Made by a program: the position numbers and the translations under genes. Positions 1 through 12,400 of a stretch of DNA of 64,000 bases are shown piece by piece. The notes beneath the pieces were generated by a model. The model did no database searches, had not been told where the DNA came from, and saw nothing but the letters and a program-made list of their open reading frames with translations. Source of the DNA: Lama glama (taxonomy: Eukaryota); the NCBI GenBank assembly GCA_028534125.1, contig CM052835.1, positions 1,798,001 to 1,862,000 of the forward strand, in the 5' to 3' direction. How positions within the stretch are numbered: the stretch's first letter is position 1; the number at the start of each line of letters is the position of its first letter.

Positions 1-391
1 GCAGCAGAAAGTGCAGACATTCGTTGGTTTCTTCCTCTCGCTTGGAATCCCTGTTCTGCTAAAGTAACGTCAAAGACACATGGGACGGAGCCACTGGAAA
101 CTTAATTGTGAAATGTTCAAACGTGGAAGAGGCGGTCAGACGCTGGCGGGAGGGAGCAGCGCCCGCCACGCGGTTTCCTGCCCGGCCAACTGTGTGTTTG
201 TGCCATGAAACGGGCACGCCCTGCTCTGCGCCAGGGCCTCCCCTGTAGGCAGATAGAGTGCGCTCCCCAGACGCCCCGCCTGCGCCCCGTCCATGCCCCG
301 GTGGGACTGTGAACTCCCAGTGCCCTGTGGGGTGAGAGGCTGCCTGAAAGAACGCCCTCCGCAATGACTGTCGTTAAATTCTGTTTTGCAG

Positions 392-478
392 ATAATCCAG
401 GTGAGAAGCAGGTGACCGTGAACTTTGTCCAAGACACATCCAAGTTCTGGTACAAGGCGGATATCTCCAGAGAGCAAG
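392..478 (+). CDS. TNS3: TNS3 coding exon (87 nt, phase 1-1), start of SH2 domain
   Basis: Acceptor ttctgttttgcag ending at 391; encodes (D)[28 protein letters not shown]; donor AAG|gtgcgt at 479. Confidence 0.93.
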
Positions 479-3400
479 GTGCGTGGGCGGGACGAGGGCT
501 CGGCGCCGAAGGAGGCGGGACTGGGCGGGGGACGCAGGGAGCTGTCGCCCGGACAAACACTTCCCCGCCTTGGGGAAACTGCTGGGACCTTGGCATCAGG
601 ACTGGAAGGTCTCGGTCCTAACGAGGGAGGCGCTGGCCATGAGCGGCCTGTGGTGTGTGCGGTGGAGTTTCTGGTGGCTTCCGTCAGCACAGGCTGGGCG
701 GTGTCGCCAGTGACGACTGCAGACTGGGACAAGAAGACAGCCAAGGCCTCGAGCCGCGGGGGCCGAGGGTTGCGGGGAAGGGGGGCATCTCTAACACTAG
801 GCCTCGCACCCCTGCCTTTGTCCACGCGGAGGACTAACCTCCCGACAGGTGATGGGGCCTGCGGCCAGCGTCTCCCGCGCAGCCCGCGCCCCTGGGTGCA
901 TTCTCAGGACAGGAACTGAAAGCAAGTTAGGGTTGTTGGGCGCCGTTTCCCCAGACCCCGAGTGGAAGGGGGGGCTGGCAGCCCGTGGAGCCGTGGGCCC
1001 CCTGGGCGGGCCCTGGGCAGCGGACTCCCTCTGAGAGGATGCTGTGGCCCCGGCTGGGGGGCTGGCGGGTGCCCGGAAGGATGAAATGCCTCGGGGACTT
1101 CCCGGGGGCTCTGGGCTGAGAAGCGGGCGGCCTGGCTTCCACCGCTGCTCGGAGCCGGACCTCAGCCTGGGGAGGAATTCACCAGCTCTCGGGGTTACGT
1201 CCCCAAAGTGCCTGGATCTGAGGGGTTAAACGGGCGAGAGAGCAGCTCTGTCCAGCTTTTTATTCGAAATTCTTCTACTCAATTAAGCAGATCATAAAAA
1301 TGCTAAGAATGTCCCTTTCTTCCCGGGAGCTCAATGGACCCATTGTGGTTTCATATGGGGAGCCCGCGGCCTGGGGGGCTGCCGAGGCCCTGAATTGGCC
1401 TTTGTGCCGGGCTGAGCTCACGGCCGGGCTGCGCTGTGGCCAGATGCCCGGTCCAATCCCCTCCCTGCTCCGGTGGCAAGAGTCCCGTGACCGTGGCCCT
1501 CATCCAGCCCACAGACTCTGCGGAGTGCTTGTCGAGGGCCCTGTTCTGGAACGTTCTCAGCAGACCCTCCTACGGGTCTGCGGGAGCTCAGCCCTTCAGC
1601 CCAGGGCGGAGGGCTGGCCTGCCCCGTTTGGGACTGGCACTCAGAAGAGGCAGGCGTGGCTGGTGTTCGCCTGGCGGGGCCTGGGGAACAGTCCTGGGTG
1701 GAGGGCACCTCCTTGCTGGCCCTGCTGGGCGCACAGACGGTGGTGGAGTTACTGTGGTCATCAGTCTGAGCCACAAATTTAAGAACATTTCTTCTGGGCC
1801 GGCCCCCACCTCAAAACAGCTGATATGTGGCCTGGGCGTTGATTTTTTCCAGCCGAACCCCAGGAGCGGAGCTTCCTCTGTTTCCTGGGTGTTTTGTGTG
1901 GACCCCTACTTGTTCTGTCGGGGGTGCCAGCTTCTCCCGAGGGAAGAAAGCCACCAGAGGTTCTGTTGTAACCTCTGGAATGTGCCTTTTCCTGGAAAAG
2001 CTGCAGTGAAATTTCAGGGAGATGGAGGAGGGGAAAGGCCCAGGGGCCGTTTTCGGGCACAGCGGGTCACGTGACTGTGGTACTTAGGGCCTTGGCATTT
2101 TTTAAAGTTGGACATGGAGCTGGCGGGAGGTCAGGGCTCTCAGCCTCTGCTCCCCGTCCTTAAACGCAGCAGCTGCAGGGAGACAGGCGGCGAGGGCGTG
2201 TCCTCTGCAGCCTGGCGGTGCCCTGGGGGGTGTGAGCTCCTGTCTGCTTCAGGAAACAGTGAGTCCAGCCCAGACCTCGGGCTGCCCTCCACGCGTGGCC
2301 CCCGCGTCCCAGGCGGCCTGGCCTCTGGGGAAGGGGCTGGGAGCGGGGAGCCGCCCGGAGCAGCCCCGGCTGGAGCAGCCCTGGCCGGCCGTCTCTGCCC
2401 CCTACGAGACTGGGCTGCTTGTCTCGACCCCCGGGGGGTGGAGTCATGACTTAGAAAGGCAGAGCTGGTGAGGTTGTCACAGTGGAAAAAAATATGACTT
2501 CTGTGAGCGAGATTCCCTTACTTACAGAATAGCAGTCATACACGTTCAGCCCCAGATCTGGAAAACAGCCTGTGGCCCAGACCCTGCTCCGTCCGGGGCG
2601 CAGGCCTGCTGCCCCTTGGGCTCCCCAGCGCAGGTGGGAGCGGCTGCTGGTCCCTCCGCCGTGTCAGGGTCACCCCAGACCCGGTCCCTCCGCCCCTCCC
2701 TGCGTGCCGTGTGCAAGCCCCCGCCTGGGGGCCCCGTCTCGCCCGCGGGGCTGGGGGCGGCCCCACGGAGAAGCGTGCAGAAGGAGCCCCGTGTCTCGCC
2801 AGGCTGGGAGGTTGGGGCTGGAGTCAGGGTACGTCTGGGGCTGGGACAGGGCCTTTCCCAAGGCAGACGGGCTTCCTGCTCTCCCGGGTTTGTGTCCTGG
2901 GCCCTGACCCGCTGCAGACAGCGCCGCGGGCTCCACAGAAAGGCGTCGTTAACAGGGCTCCCATTCTGCGCTGTGTTACGCTTCAAATCCCTGGTTGTCT
3001 CTTATAAAAGGTGCAGGTCTGTGAAGGAAGTTCTGGGCTCTGCTCCTCTCTGGGCTCCATCAGGGTTGCCTGAGGTTACCACTGCCCTGATCCATCGCTC
3101 TTTCTTCCTGTGTCGTCAGTGGAAGGCCTGCGGGAGCCAGGCTTCGACCCAGCGGCGAGGCGGGGAGGGATGCTCTTGTTAAGTGACGGTCAGCGCTCAC
3201 CTGGGGCGGGTGGAGAGCGCGGGGCCAGGCTCGGCCCTTGGCCCTGACCGACGGGTGACCGCCACACCGAAAAGGGGCCCACAGCTCCACCTAGGTGGGA
3301 ACCGCTGACCAGAGCAGCCACATCTTCCCCGACCACCAGGCCGTGGTCCCCGCCGCGCACACACTCACGCCTCTTTCCGTCCTGCAGCCATCGCCATGCT

Positions 3401-6400
3401 GAAGGACAAGGAGCCCGGGGCCTTCATCGTCAGGGACAGCCACTCCTTCCGGGGCGCCTACGGGCTGGCCATGAAGGTGGCCACGCCCCCGCCCTCTGTC
3501 CTGCAGCTGAACAAGAAAGGTGGGTCCCAGACGGCTCTGCTCAGCCCCGCCTGCCGCTTAACCTTCCCGCCCCTGCGGCCCTGGGGACGGGAACAGCCCT
3601 CACGGGTCGTCTTCTCAGCGTTTCCTGTCTCGGCTCTGTTTTAGGAAGTGCTGCCTCAGCTCGAGAAGGGAGGTTAACTGTCAGCTTTATTTTTCTAATT
3701 GCTCTGAGCGGGTGACCCAGCCCACGGGTCAGATGCCAGAAACGGTGTCCACTGTCAGCCCGTCTGCCTCGGTCCCTCTGACTTCCGAGCGTAAACGTCT
3801 AATAAGTTCCCCTGTCTTCTCCCTGGCTCTCTGTCCAGTGCACACAAGCACACGTGTCCTCACCTCTTACACCAGAGGCGGCTCACCACACGCCTGGCCT
3901 TCGTTCCTCCTCCCGGCCGAGCCTTCTGGTGGATTGAACGTGAGCCGGTGCGGGCCTGGTGTCACCAGGTCATCCCTCGGGGGAGAGGACGGAGCCTTCC
4001 GCCCTCCGGGCCAGCGCTTCGGCCGGCGCCGGGGGCCAGCGGGTACCGTGTGGTTCACTTGGGCCCCTTGCTCTGTAACGGGCGCTCCGTGGCGCTGCAT
4101 CGTCGAGCCCAGGAAAGTGCGCGGTGCCTGCGCGCACAGGGGAGCGTTGTCCCGCAGCTGGCGGGTGTGCAGCGGACCCAGGCCGCGGGCCTGTGGGGAG
4201 CCCGCCACGCCCTTCCCTCCCCGGGCGTCGTAACCCACCACCACCGTTCCTTCGGGGCCGCAGGTCCCCCGGCTCCGCCCCGTGAGGCCCGTCCAGCTGG
4301 CCCCGTGTCCTGTTGGCGGCCCCCCGGGAGCCCGCAAGCCGCCAGCTCCTGGGAACAGCAGGCACGCTGTGCTCGGCCCGGCCTCTTCTCCAGAACCCCG
4401 GTTCTCTGCGGGGTGCGGTGACTAGAAACCGAGCTCCAATCGCCAGGTTGCCCTTCGCTGCTGACTCTCGGCTTCCCTGCAGACCAGAGCTGGGGAAGGC
4501 ACCATTTTTAAAAATTCCTGAACTAAAGCTGATGCCACCGGCTCGCATACAGGGTCACGAGGTCCTTCCTCGCCTTCTCCCTCGGGGACAGGCTTGGCTT
4601 CCGGCAAATCAGTTTACGTCCTCCCTTCTCTGACCCCGAACGCTTACTCTCATTTTTCTTTTTCTGTCACCCTGCTCTTAGCCTTTTTTTCTTCTTATCG
4701 TTATGCTGCAAATGCTAAAGAATGGGAGTTTTTTTTACCTCTCTTTCTCCCTAAACGGAGATCGTGGATGTCAGCACGTCACATGGCTCTTCCGGGGGCA
4801 CCTGGGCTCGCCGGGGGGCTGCGGGCATCAGAATAAGCGGGTTCTGAAGCCCCGGTGTTTAAACAAGGTGCCGCTGCCCGCTTCCCTCGGGTTCGCGCCC
4901 AGCACCCAGTCCTCGGGTGAGCTCTCTGCTTACAGCTTCCTGGAGAAAACGCGCCTGGAGTGAGTTACACCCTGAGGAACGTGAGACTGGGTGGCCCAGG
5001 GGTTTTCAGGACGCAGGTGGTGGATGTGTGCGCAGCGGCGGGGAGGGGCTGGGAAGGGGTGAGCCCGGGGGCCGTGGCTGGAAGTGAGGGAGGGAGAGGC
5101 TGTGTGCACACCAGCCAGGAGAGGGGAGCCTGGGGTGGGAAGGAAGGAAGGAGGGACCACCACACACTCACTCCTGAGTGGAAACCAGGGCTCCTGGAGC
5201 TCAGGAGCCGCGTCGGCCTGACTGTGGGGGATGCAGGCGCTGGGCTGCAGGGAAACCCGCGGCTGACGGTGACAGCAGGAGTCCGGAGGCAGGAGCCAGA
5301 GCCCCGCAGCTGCCCGGCTCCTCTGCCTCCGCTGAGGCTTTTAAAGCGAGGCCACCTTCTCCCCTCCTGCGTGCATCGCCTTTCAGGGAACACAGACGGT
5401 GGTGTGTAACTGTCCCCTCCAGGCGTGCAACCCGCCCGCCTCTCAGGCTGACCCGCCTCAGCCTCAGGCAGAGGCTCTCGCACGGGCAGACATCAGGGCT
5501 CACCGGCTTCGCCCGGACCCTGGATGTGGCATTTGGATTTCACAGCCCTGGGACAGATCTGAGAGGAGAGCTAGCCAAACCCGGAAAGAGGCCCGCGGGT
5601 CCCCACGCCCCGCTGGTTCCCCGGGGAGCAGGCAGCCGCGGCCGCACGGCTGGGTTCCCCCAGGCACTTTGTGCCCCGGAACCCTTCCTACCAGCTGCCT
5701 GCCCCGCGCAGCGCCGGCGCTCAGGTGGCTGATGCCGTCTCTGTGTGTAACATGCGTCACGGGAGCAGCTGGTCCTGCGTCAGAAGCGTGAGCGGTCGCG
5801 CCCACTCGTCCCCACGGAGGACCAGCAGGGCCGGGCTCGTGGGCTGGGTGAACGCAGGTGTGCGGGGGCCCGCCCTCTGGGGGCTCCTGCATCTGGCTCG
5901 GGGCTCAGTTACCCAGGAGACGGGCACCGCCCGGCTCTTTCCCACGATGAGTTCTGGGGCGTCGTGCTGGGTCCGCGTCTCCCCAGCCTCCCCCTCAGAA
6001 GGGGAAGAAGCTGGAGTCCACGTCCCTGGCTCTTAGCTGCTTGCCTGGTCCCTGGGGACGGTTCTGCAGGATGTTGCAGATGGTCCCCCGGGGACTTCCC
6101 AGCTCCAGGCACGGTCACTGGAGGGGTTCTGGCCGCCCGTCCGGGCCGTGCCCCCCCCCCAGCTAAGCTGCCTCCTGCGGGGCCGGGCTCTCCTTCCCAC
6201 GTCCCCACCTTCCCAGGCGCTCCGTTTGTAAAAATTCTCTTCCTTTTGAATCTCTTGCCCCAGCTGGAGACTTGGCCAACGAACTGGTCCGGCATTTCTT
6301 GATCGAGTGCACCCCGAAGGGAGTCCGGTTGAAAGGATGCCCCAACGAGCCGTATTTCGGTGAGTGGCCAAGAGCCCACGGTCGGCGTCCTGAACCCACG

Positions 6401-9400
6401 AGCCCGTTCACAGTGGGAGCTGCCTCGGATCCCACAGGCGGGAGGATGTCTCTGCCGAGAACCAGCCGCAGTCCCCTTCCCCTTCCCCATCTGCCGCGCC
6501 CCTCGGTTATTGAGGCTTTGCCCAGAGCCCCCCAGTAACGGAGCGTGCGCGCTGCTGAAGACGGAAGGGCCCCCCTTCAGCAGGTGCAGCGTACTCAAGC
6601 CTCTTTGGTCTTCGCCCGTCCGCAGGGAGCCTGACGGCCTTGGTGTGCCAGCATTCCATCACGCCCCTGGCTCTGCCCTGCAAACTGCTCATCCCGGACA
6701 GAGGTACGCTGCCGGCTGCCCCGGGGCCGCTCTGGCTGGCTGGGTGGGCTCGCCCGCCCGCACAGATCCAGTGAGAACAATCCGGAAGGTTCCTTCTGCT
6801 CCCACGCTGGGGGTCCGCCCTGAGTAGCCCACCCCGGTCACGTAAGAAGAGGTGGTCCCTCTGCACCCGCAGCCCTCGGTCGTATCTTCACATCGTGGGC
6901 TTTGGGAACAGTTTCCGTGGAGCAAAGTCCCGTGGCTCAAAATTACAACATGCCTGGACTGAGGGGCCTTCAGGGCCATTTACGTGTGAGTTTTATAATT
7001 CGGCACGACCACCAGCTGTTGATACTGTTGGCCGGAGGTGCGGGAAGGGCTCGGCTCTTTCCCTTGGTGTCTGTCTGAAAATACCCACAACACAGATTTA
7101 ACAAAGTGGCGTCCACTTCCCCGGACAGCCTCGAGGTCACAAATGGCGTCCTGGTCCAGAAAGACGATTCGTTTAAAATACAGGCAAAGCTGACTTGCTT
7201 TCTAAGATGCAGTTGTTCGTCTCCATTCACCCAGAGACGAGGAGGGTGTTTCGCTGGGCTGCGCCTGCCCCGGACGTGGTGACGGTTTCTCCGGGCCGGG
7301 CTGTTGTCGCCCGGGGAGCCCCCGCTCTCCGCGAGCTCAGTCACGGGCGTCCCCGCTGTCACGAGGGTTCTTGCCGGAGAGCCGGACTCATGTCTGTGTT
7401 TTCTTGCTCCTCCCGGCAGATCCGTTGGAGGAAATAGCAGAAAGCTCTCCCCAGACCGCGGCCAACTCCGCGACGGAGCTGCTGAAGCAGGGGGCAGGTG
7501 GGTCCCTGCTGCGTCCCCCACGCCTCCCTCGGCACCGCCGGGCTCCTTTCCTCCCTGTGCGTCCCGGGAGGTTTCCGCTGGGGGGCCCAGGGGTCGGGGC
7601 AGCAGGGCCAGGACTCCGCAGGCTGATCAGGACCAAATTCCGTGGAATCAAGGTCGAGTCCTGGGTTTTGTTCGGGGGGTGTGGTGAGGCAGGGCGTGGT
7701 GACCTGCCCCTCCAGCTGCAGGCATGCAGATGTGCACGTGACCAGTGAGTCCGCAGAGGGGCCCGCGCTGCCCCCAGCCCAGGCTGACCCCAGGCGGCGA
7801 CTCCCCGGGGCACCGTGTACTTGGTAACAGGTTTTATTTTTCAGCTCAGGTTTAGGTTCACAGCAAACCTGGCAGGAAGGCACAGGGATTTCCCATGTGG
7901 CCCTGCCCCCACACGTGCACAGCCTTCATCCCAGCCCCTGAGCCTGCAGGGGCCCGTCATCGCCACCAGCGCCCGCAGTTTACATGAGGGCTCCCTCTCG
8001 GCTGTGTAAGGGCACGTGTCCAGCATTGCTGTCCCATGGAGCAGTGCCTCCGCGCTCCACCCACTCGCCCCCCTCCCTCACCCTGGCCACCCCTGGTCCT
8101 TCATTGCCCCGTGGTTTTGCCCTTTCCAGAGTGCCGCATAGTTGGAATCATACAGCACGTAGCTCTTTCAGACTGGCTTTCTTCCCTGGGTCGTATGCAT
8201 TCAGGACCCCTCCATGTCCCTTCACGGCTCTGGGGCGTGGTTCTTTTTATCACCAAATGATATCCCATCGTCTGGACGGACCACAGTGTATCTGTCCATT
8301 CGCCCACTGAAGGACATCTTGGTTGCGTCCACGTTTTGGCAGCTGCGAATAAAGCTGCCGTAAACATCCACATGCAGGTTACGACGTGGACATAGTTTTC
8401 ATCTCCTCTGGGTAAAGACCAGGGAGCCGAAATGCTGGATCGTAGGGTAGGAGTGTGTTCATTCTGTAAGGAGGCACCAAACCGTCTTCCAAAGTGGCCG
8501 CACCGTTTGCATCCCCACCGGCAGTGCTGTGTCCTGTGGCCCCACGTCCTCCCCAGCGTGTGGTGGCGTCTGTGTGCTGGGTCGTGGTCCCTCTTGTTGT
8601 TTTAATGGCATCTCGTTGTTTTAATTTCGCATTTCCCTGGCGACGTTTGACATGAAGCACCTTCTCAGGTGCTCGTTAGCCACCTGTGTGTCTTCTTCGC
8701 TGAGGTGGCTCCGAAGGCCGTTTGTCCCTTTTTTAATGAGGTGGTTGTTTTCCTATTGTTGAGTTCCGAGGGCTCTTCGTATGCGCTGAATACAGTTCTC
8801 TGTGCGATTTGTCGTTTGCAAATACTTCCTCCCAGGCCGTGGCTGGTCTTACCGTTCTCTTGACAGTGTCTCTCGGGGCAAAAAACGTTTTGTGGGAATG
8901 AAACCCATTTTTCAGCACTTCCCTCCATGGGGCGTGGCTTTTGTACTGTATCTAAAAATTATCACCAAAGTCATCGAAGTTTTCTCCTTTGTTGTCTTAC
9001 AAGAGTTATAGCTTTGGGTTTTACACGTAGGTCTACGTTCTATTTTGAGTTAATTTCTGTGAAGGGTGGAAGGTCTGGGTCCAGATTCATGTTTTTGCAC
9101 GTGGCTGTCCGGTTGTTTGAGCCACATTTGTTGAAGAGACTGTCTTTGCTCCTCTGTCAGAGATCGGCTGGCAGTGCTTATGTGGGTCTGTTTCCCGGCT
9201 GACCGTCCTGCTCCACTGATCTGTCTGTCTGTTATTTCACAAACACCACACTGTCTTGATCGCTGTAGCTTCAGAGTAAATCCTGAAGGCGGGTAGTGTC
9301 AGTCCTCCAACCAAGGTCTTCCCCTTCAGTTCCGTGCTGGCTGCCCTGGGTCTCCTGTCTTTCCACAGACACTTCAGAACCAGTGTGTTGTCCCCCGCAG

Positions 9401-12400
9401 AGTATTGGAATTTCAGTGACTCCACAGATCAGCTTGGGGAGAACCGACACTTTGACTCTGTTGAGTCTTCCTGTCCATGAACATGGGACATCTCTCCATT
9501 TATTTAGTTCTTTGATTCCATTAGTGGGACTTTAGCCATTTTCCTCATATAGGTCTTGTACCTATTTTAGCAGATTTACACCTACCTATTTCATTTTGAG
9601 GGAGGTGCTAATTTATATGGCATTGTGGGGTTTTTTTTTAATTGAAGTATATGCTCAGTTGCAGTGTGTCAATTTCCAGTGCACGGCATCATGTTTCAGT
9701 CATACATGTACATACGGATATTTGTTGTCTTGTTTTTGTGCATGGTAGGTGTTTATAATTCCACATTCCACTGTCTTCTGTTGGTGTCCAGGAAAGGGAC
9801 CGACTTGTGTGTGGTCACCTGCAGCCTTGTGCAGTAGCTCACTCGTCTCAGGCCAGGTCACTCCTGCAGCATTGGGTGCCCAGCTAGTGACCCCAGCTTG
9901 AGAGGGTTGTGGATGAGCCAGAGACCACAGGGCGGTTGTGGGTCTGTGGCTCTGAGGGACGGACACAGCTGGAGAGGACTAGGAGCCCCATGACCTGAGA
10001 TCCCCGGTTAGAGGCCTTTCCCACAAGGTGGACATTGACTCTCAGAAGTGCTGGCGAGGGAATCCCTGCGTCTGCGGGAGGCTGGACTAGGCTGCCCCCG
10101 TTCTCCACCTTTCTCTGCCTGTGGAGTTCTTCGTAGCCGTGACTCCGGAAACGAAGGAATATGCAGGAAACAGGCATTTTCTTGTTGCATCCTCTGCCCA
10201 ATGTGCATCGTTCTTCTGTGCCGGTTTTCTCGGCAACGCTGCTCAAGTAAAACCTCTCTGTTTTGAAAGGAGACTTTTAGTGCTGGACTCTCTGTAGACC
10301 ATCCTTAAAGGATACGCTCTCCGTGGCCAGAACAAAGGTGACAGGTGTTTGCCCAAAATAACGAACACACTAGAACCGAGGCCCCGAAAGGCAGCAGGTG
10401 TCTGTGTCAGTCCCATTTCTGATCCAGGCCTCCCGCCCCCGCAGGACCCTTGGCCTGCAGACGTCAACATTATCATGATAATCTCTCCCCAAGTCAGTGG
10501 CCACAAAGACCAGAGGAGTAGGTGCTGAAAAGTGCCTCGGGGACCAAAACGTGGTCGCCTGAACCGCCGTGCCCCTGCCGCTCTGCTTTTGTGTAAAAAG
10601 GCTTCTCTTGGCCCAGGAGGAATGGCCATCCTCTCTGCAGGGCCCAGTTGAAAGGGCCAGTCCTGGGTGACAGCCCGTGGCAGCTTGGAAGCTGCGTCCC
10701 CACGGTGGAGGCCATGAGCTCTCCGCCTGCACACTGTTGCCGGGGGTCACTCCCACCCAGGTGCCAGGGCAAATTACGCAGCAGGTGGACAGTCGTCCGG
10801 GTCTCCTTGGCCCCAGACAGGGTGACTCTCACACTGGCCTTGGGGCAGGTGTGTCTCTGGGTCGCCACTGTCCACGCCCGTGGAAGTAGGGGCAAAGGGC
10901 GTTGGCCTCGGCCGCACCTCGCCCGGGCCGCGGGGATGTGCGGTTCACACGCCTCCCCTCGGTGTCTTCCAGCCTGCAACGTGTGGTACCTGAACTCCGT
11001 GGAGATGGAGTCCCTCACCGGCCACCAGGCCATTCAGAAGGCCCTGAGCATCACCCTGGTCCAGGAGCCGCCCCCCTTGTGCACGGTCGTGCACTTCAAG
11101 GTGTCGGCCCAGGGCATCACGCTGACGGACAACCAGAGGAAGTGCGTGTGCGGGGCGGCGGGGGCGGGCGTGAGGGGGTGTCAATTTTGTAAATGCAAAC
11201 ATTTTTCAAGTCGTTTCTGAGAAACACTCAGACTGTGATAGGAGCCACTCCCATGCCCTTCAGTGTCACTGCTCCTGGCTGGAGATCATCCTGTCCAGGC
11301 GAGCCTGTGGTCTTTATGTCCACGTAACATCAGTGATTATGTAATAACATAGTAACACAAGGATGCTTGATGCTAACAGGAAGCATTCATTTCCTAGATG
11401 TGAGAGCGCGTCAGTACCGTCTGAACGCCCAGACGGCAGACACCACCTCCGGCCCCGGGGCTCCCCTCCGAGCAGGGCTTCTGGCGGGACACCGGGGAGG
11501 GACACCGGGGAGCCTGGCCCTAGTGTGGGGGCGTGGACGGAATGGCGGCAGACGCGTTCCTCCCCCGGGCAGGGCCTTGGACCAGGGTCAGAGGCATTTC
11601 AGAGGAAGTTGCTCCTTGTCATGCAGACGGCCTCGTTGACCAGGGGGCCAGGCCGTCAGCCCTAAAGGTGGTGGCAGGAGCTTCATGGGGCAGTGGTGGG
11701 TTGGGGGGCCGGCGAGGAGCACGGCTTCTTTCTTCAGAGCATCTCTGTTGCTCCCAGCTGCGTGCTCTTCCTGTGTCTCCGGCTTCCCTGTGTCCTGATA
11801 AAGCTGCAGGGGTGGGCCGCGTCCCCTGCACTCAGAGTCCTTCCTGTGGCAAGACCCGGGACTGAACTCACTGGCTGACATGGGCGGAGGGGCAGGGTCC
11901 CCAGTGACAGCCAGCCTCGGGGTCCCCAGATGCCTGGGCTCCGCCTGTGCCCTCCCTGATGCTGGCCCTTCCCCTCTTGCCTTCTCCTACGAGAGCACAG
12001 CCGCCAGCCTCTGGGGACACCACTGTGCTGGACGGGGTCATGGAGCCTCATGACCCCAGGCCCATAGGAGCAGGGCAGGCTGTCAGGGAAACGGGGACCA
12101 GGGACCATGGACAGGGGGGTCCCCTGGGGAAACGGGGAGACAGAACCAAGGACAGGGGGGTCACCCGGGGAAACGGGGAGCCAGGACTGAGGACAGAGAG
12201 AGGGGTCCCCTGGGGGCTCCCCCCGCAGCTGTGCGGGGCCGCTGTTAGCAGCACGTCCCTGGGATTTCCTGAGCACAGCCCTCGACAGTTTGGCCCCTGT
12301 CCTGGGGCTGCGGCCGGCTCTTCACATGCTGTTTCACAGGCCAGCATCCAGACTGGAGACTGGGGTGGTCTCCAGGGGTGAGGGCAGGCGGTCGGGCGTC

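Noticed and set aside
12086-12212. Repeat-spacer appearance suggesting a CRISPR array
   Set aside because: Eukaryotic intron; the 'spacers' are homologous to one another and there are no cas genes. It is a minisatellite.
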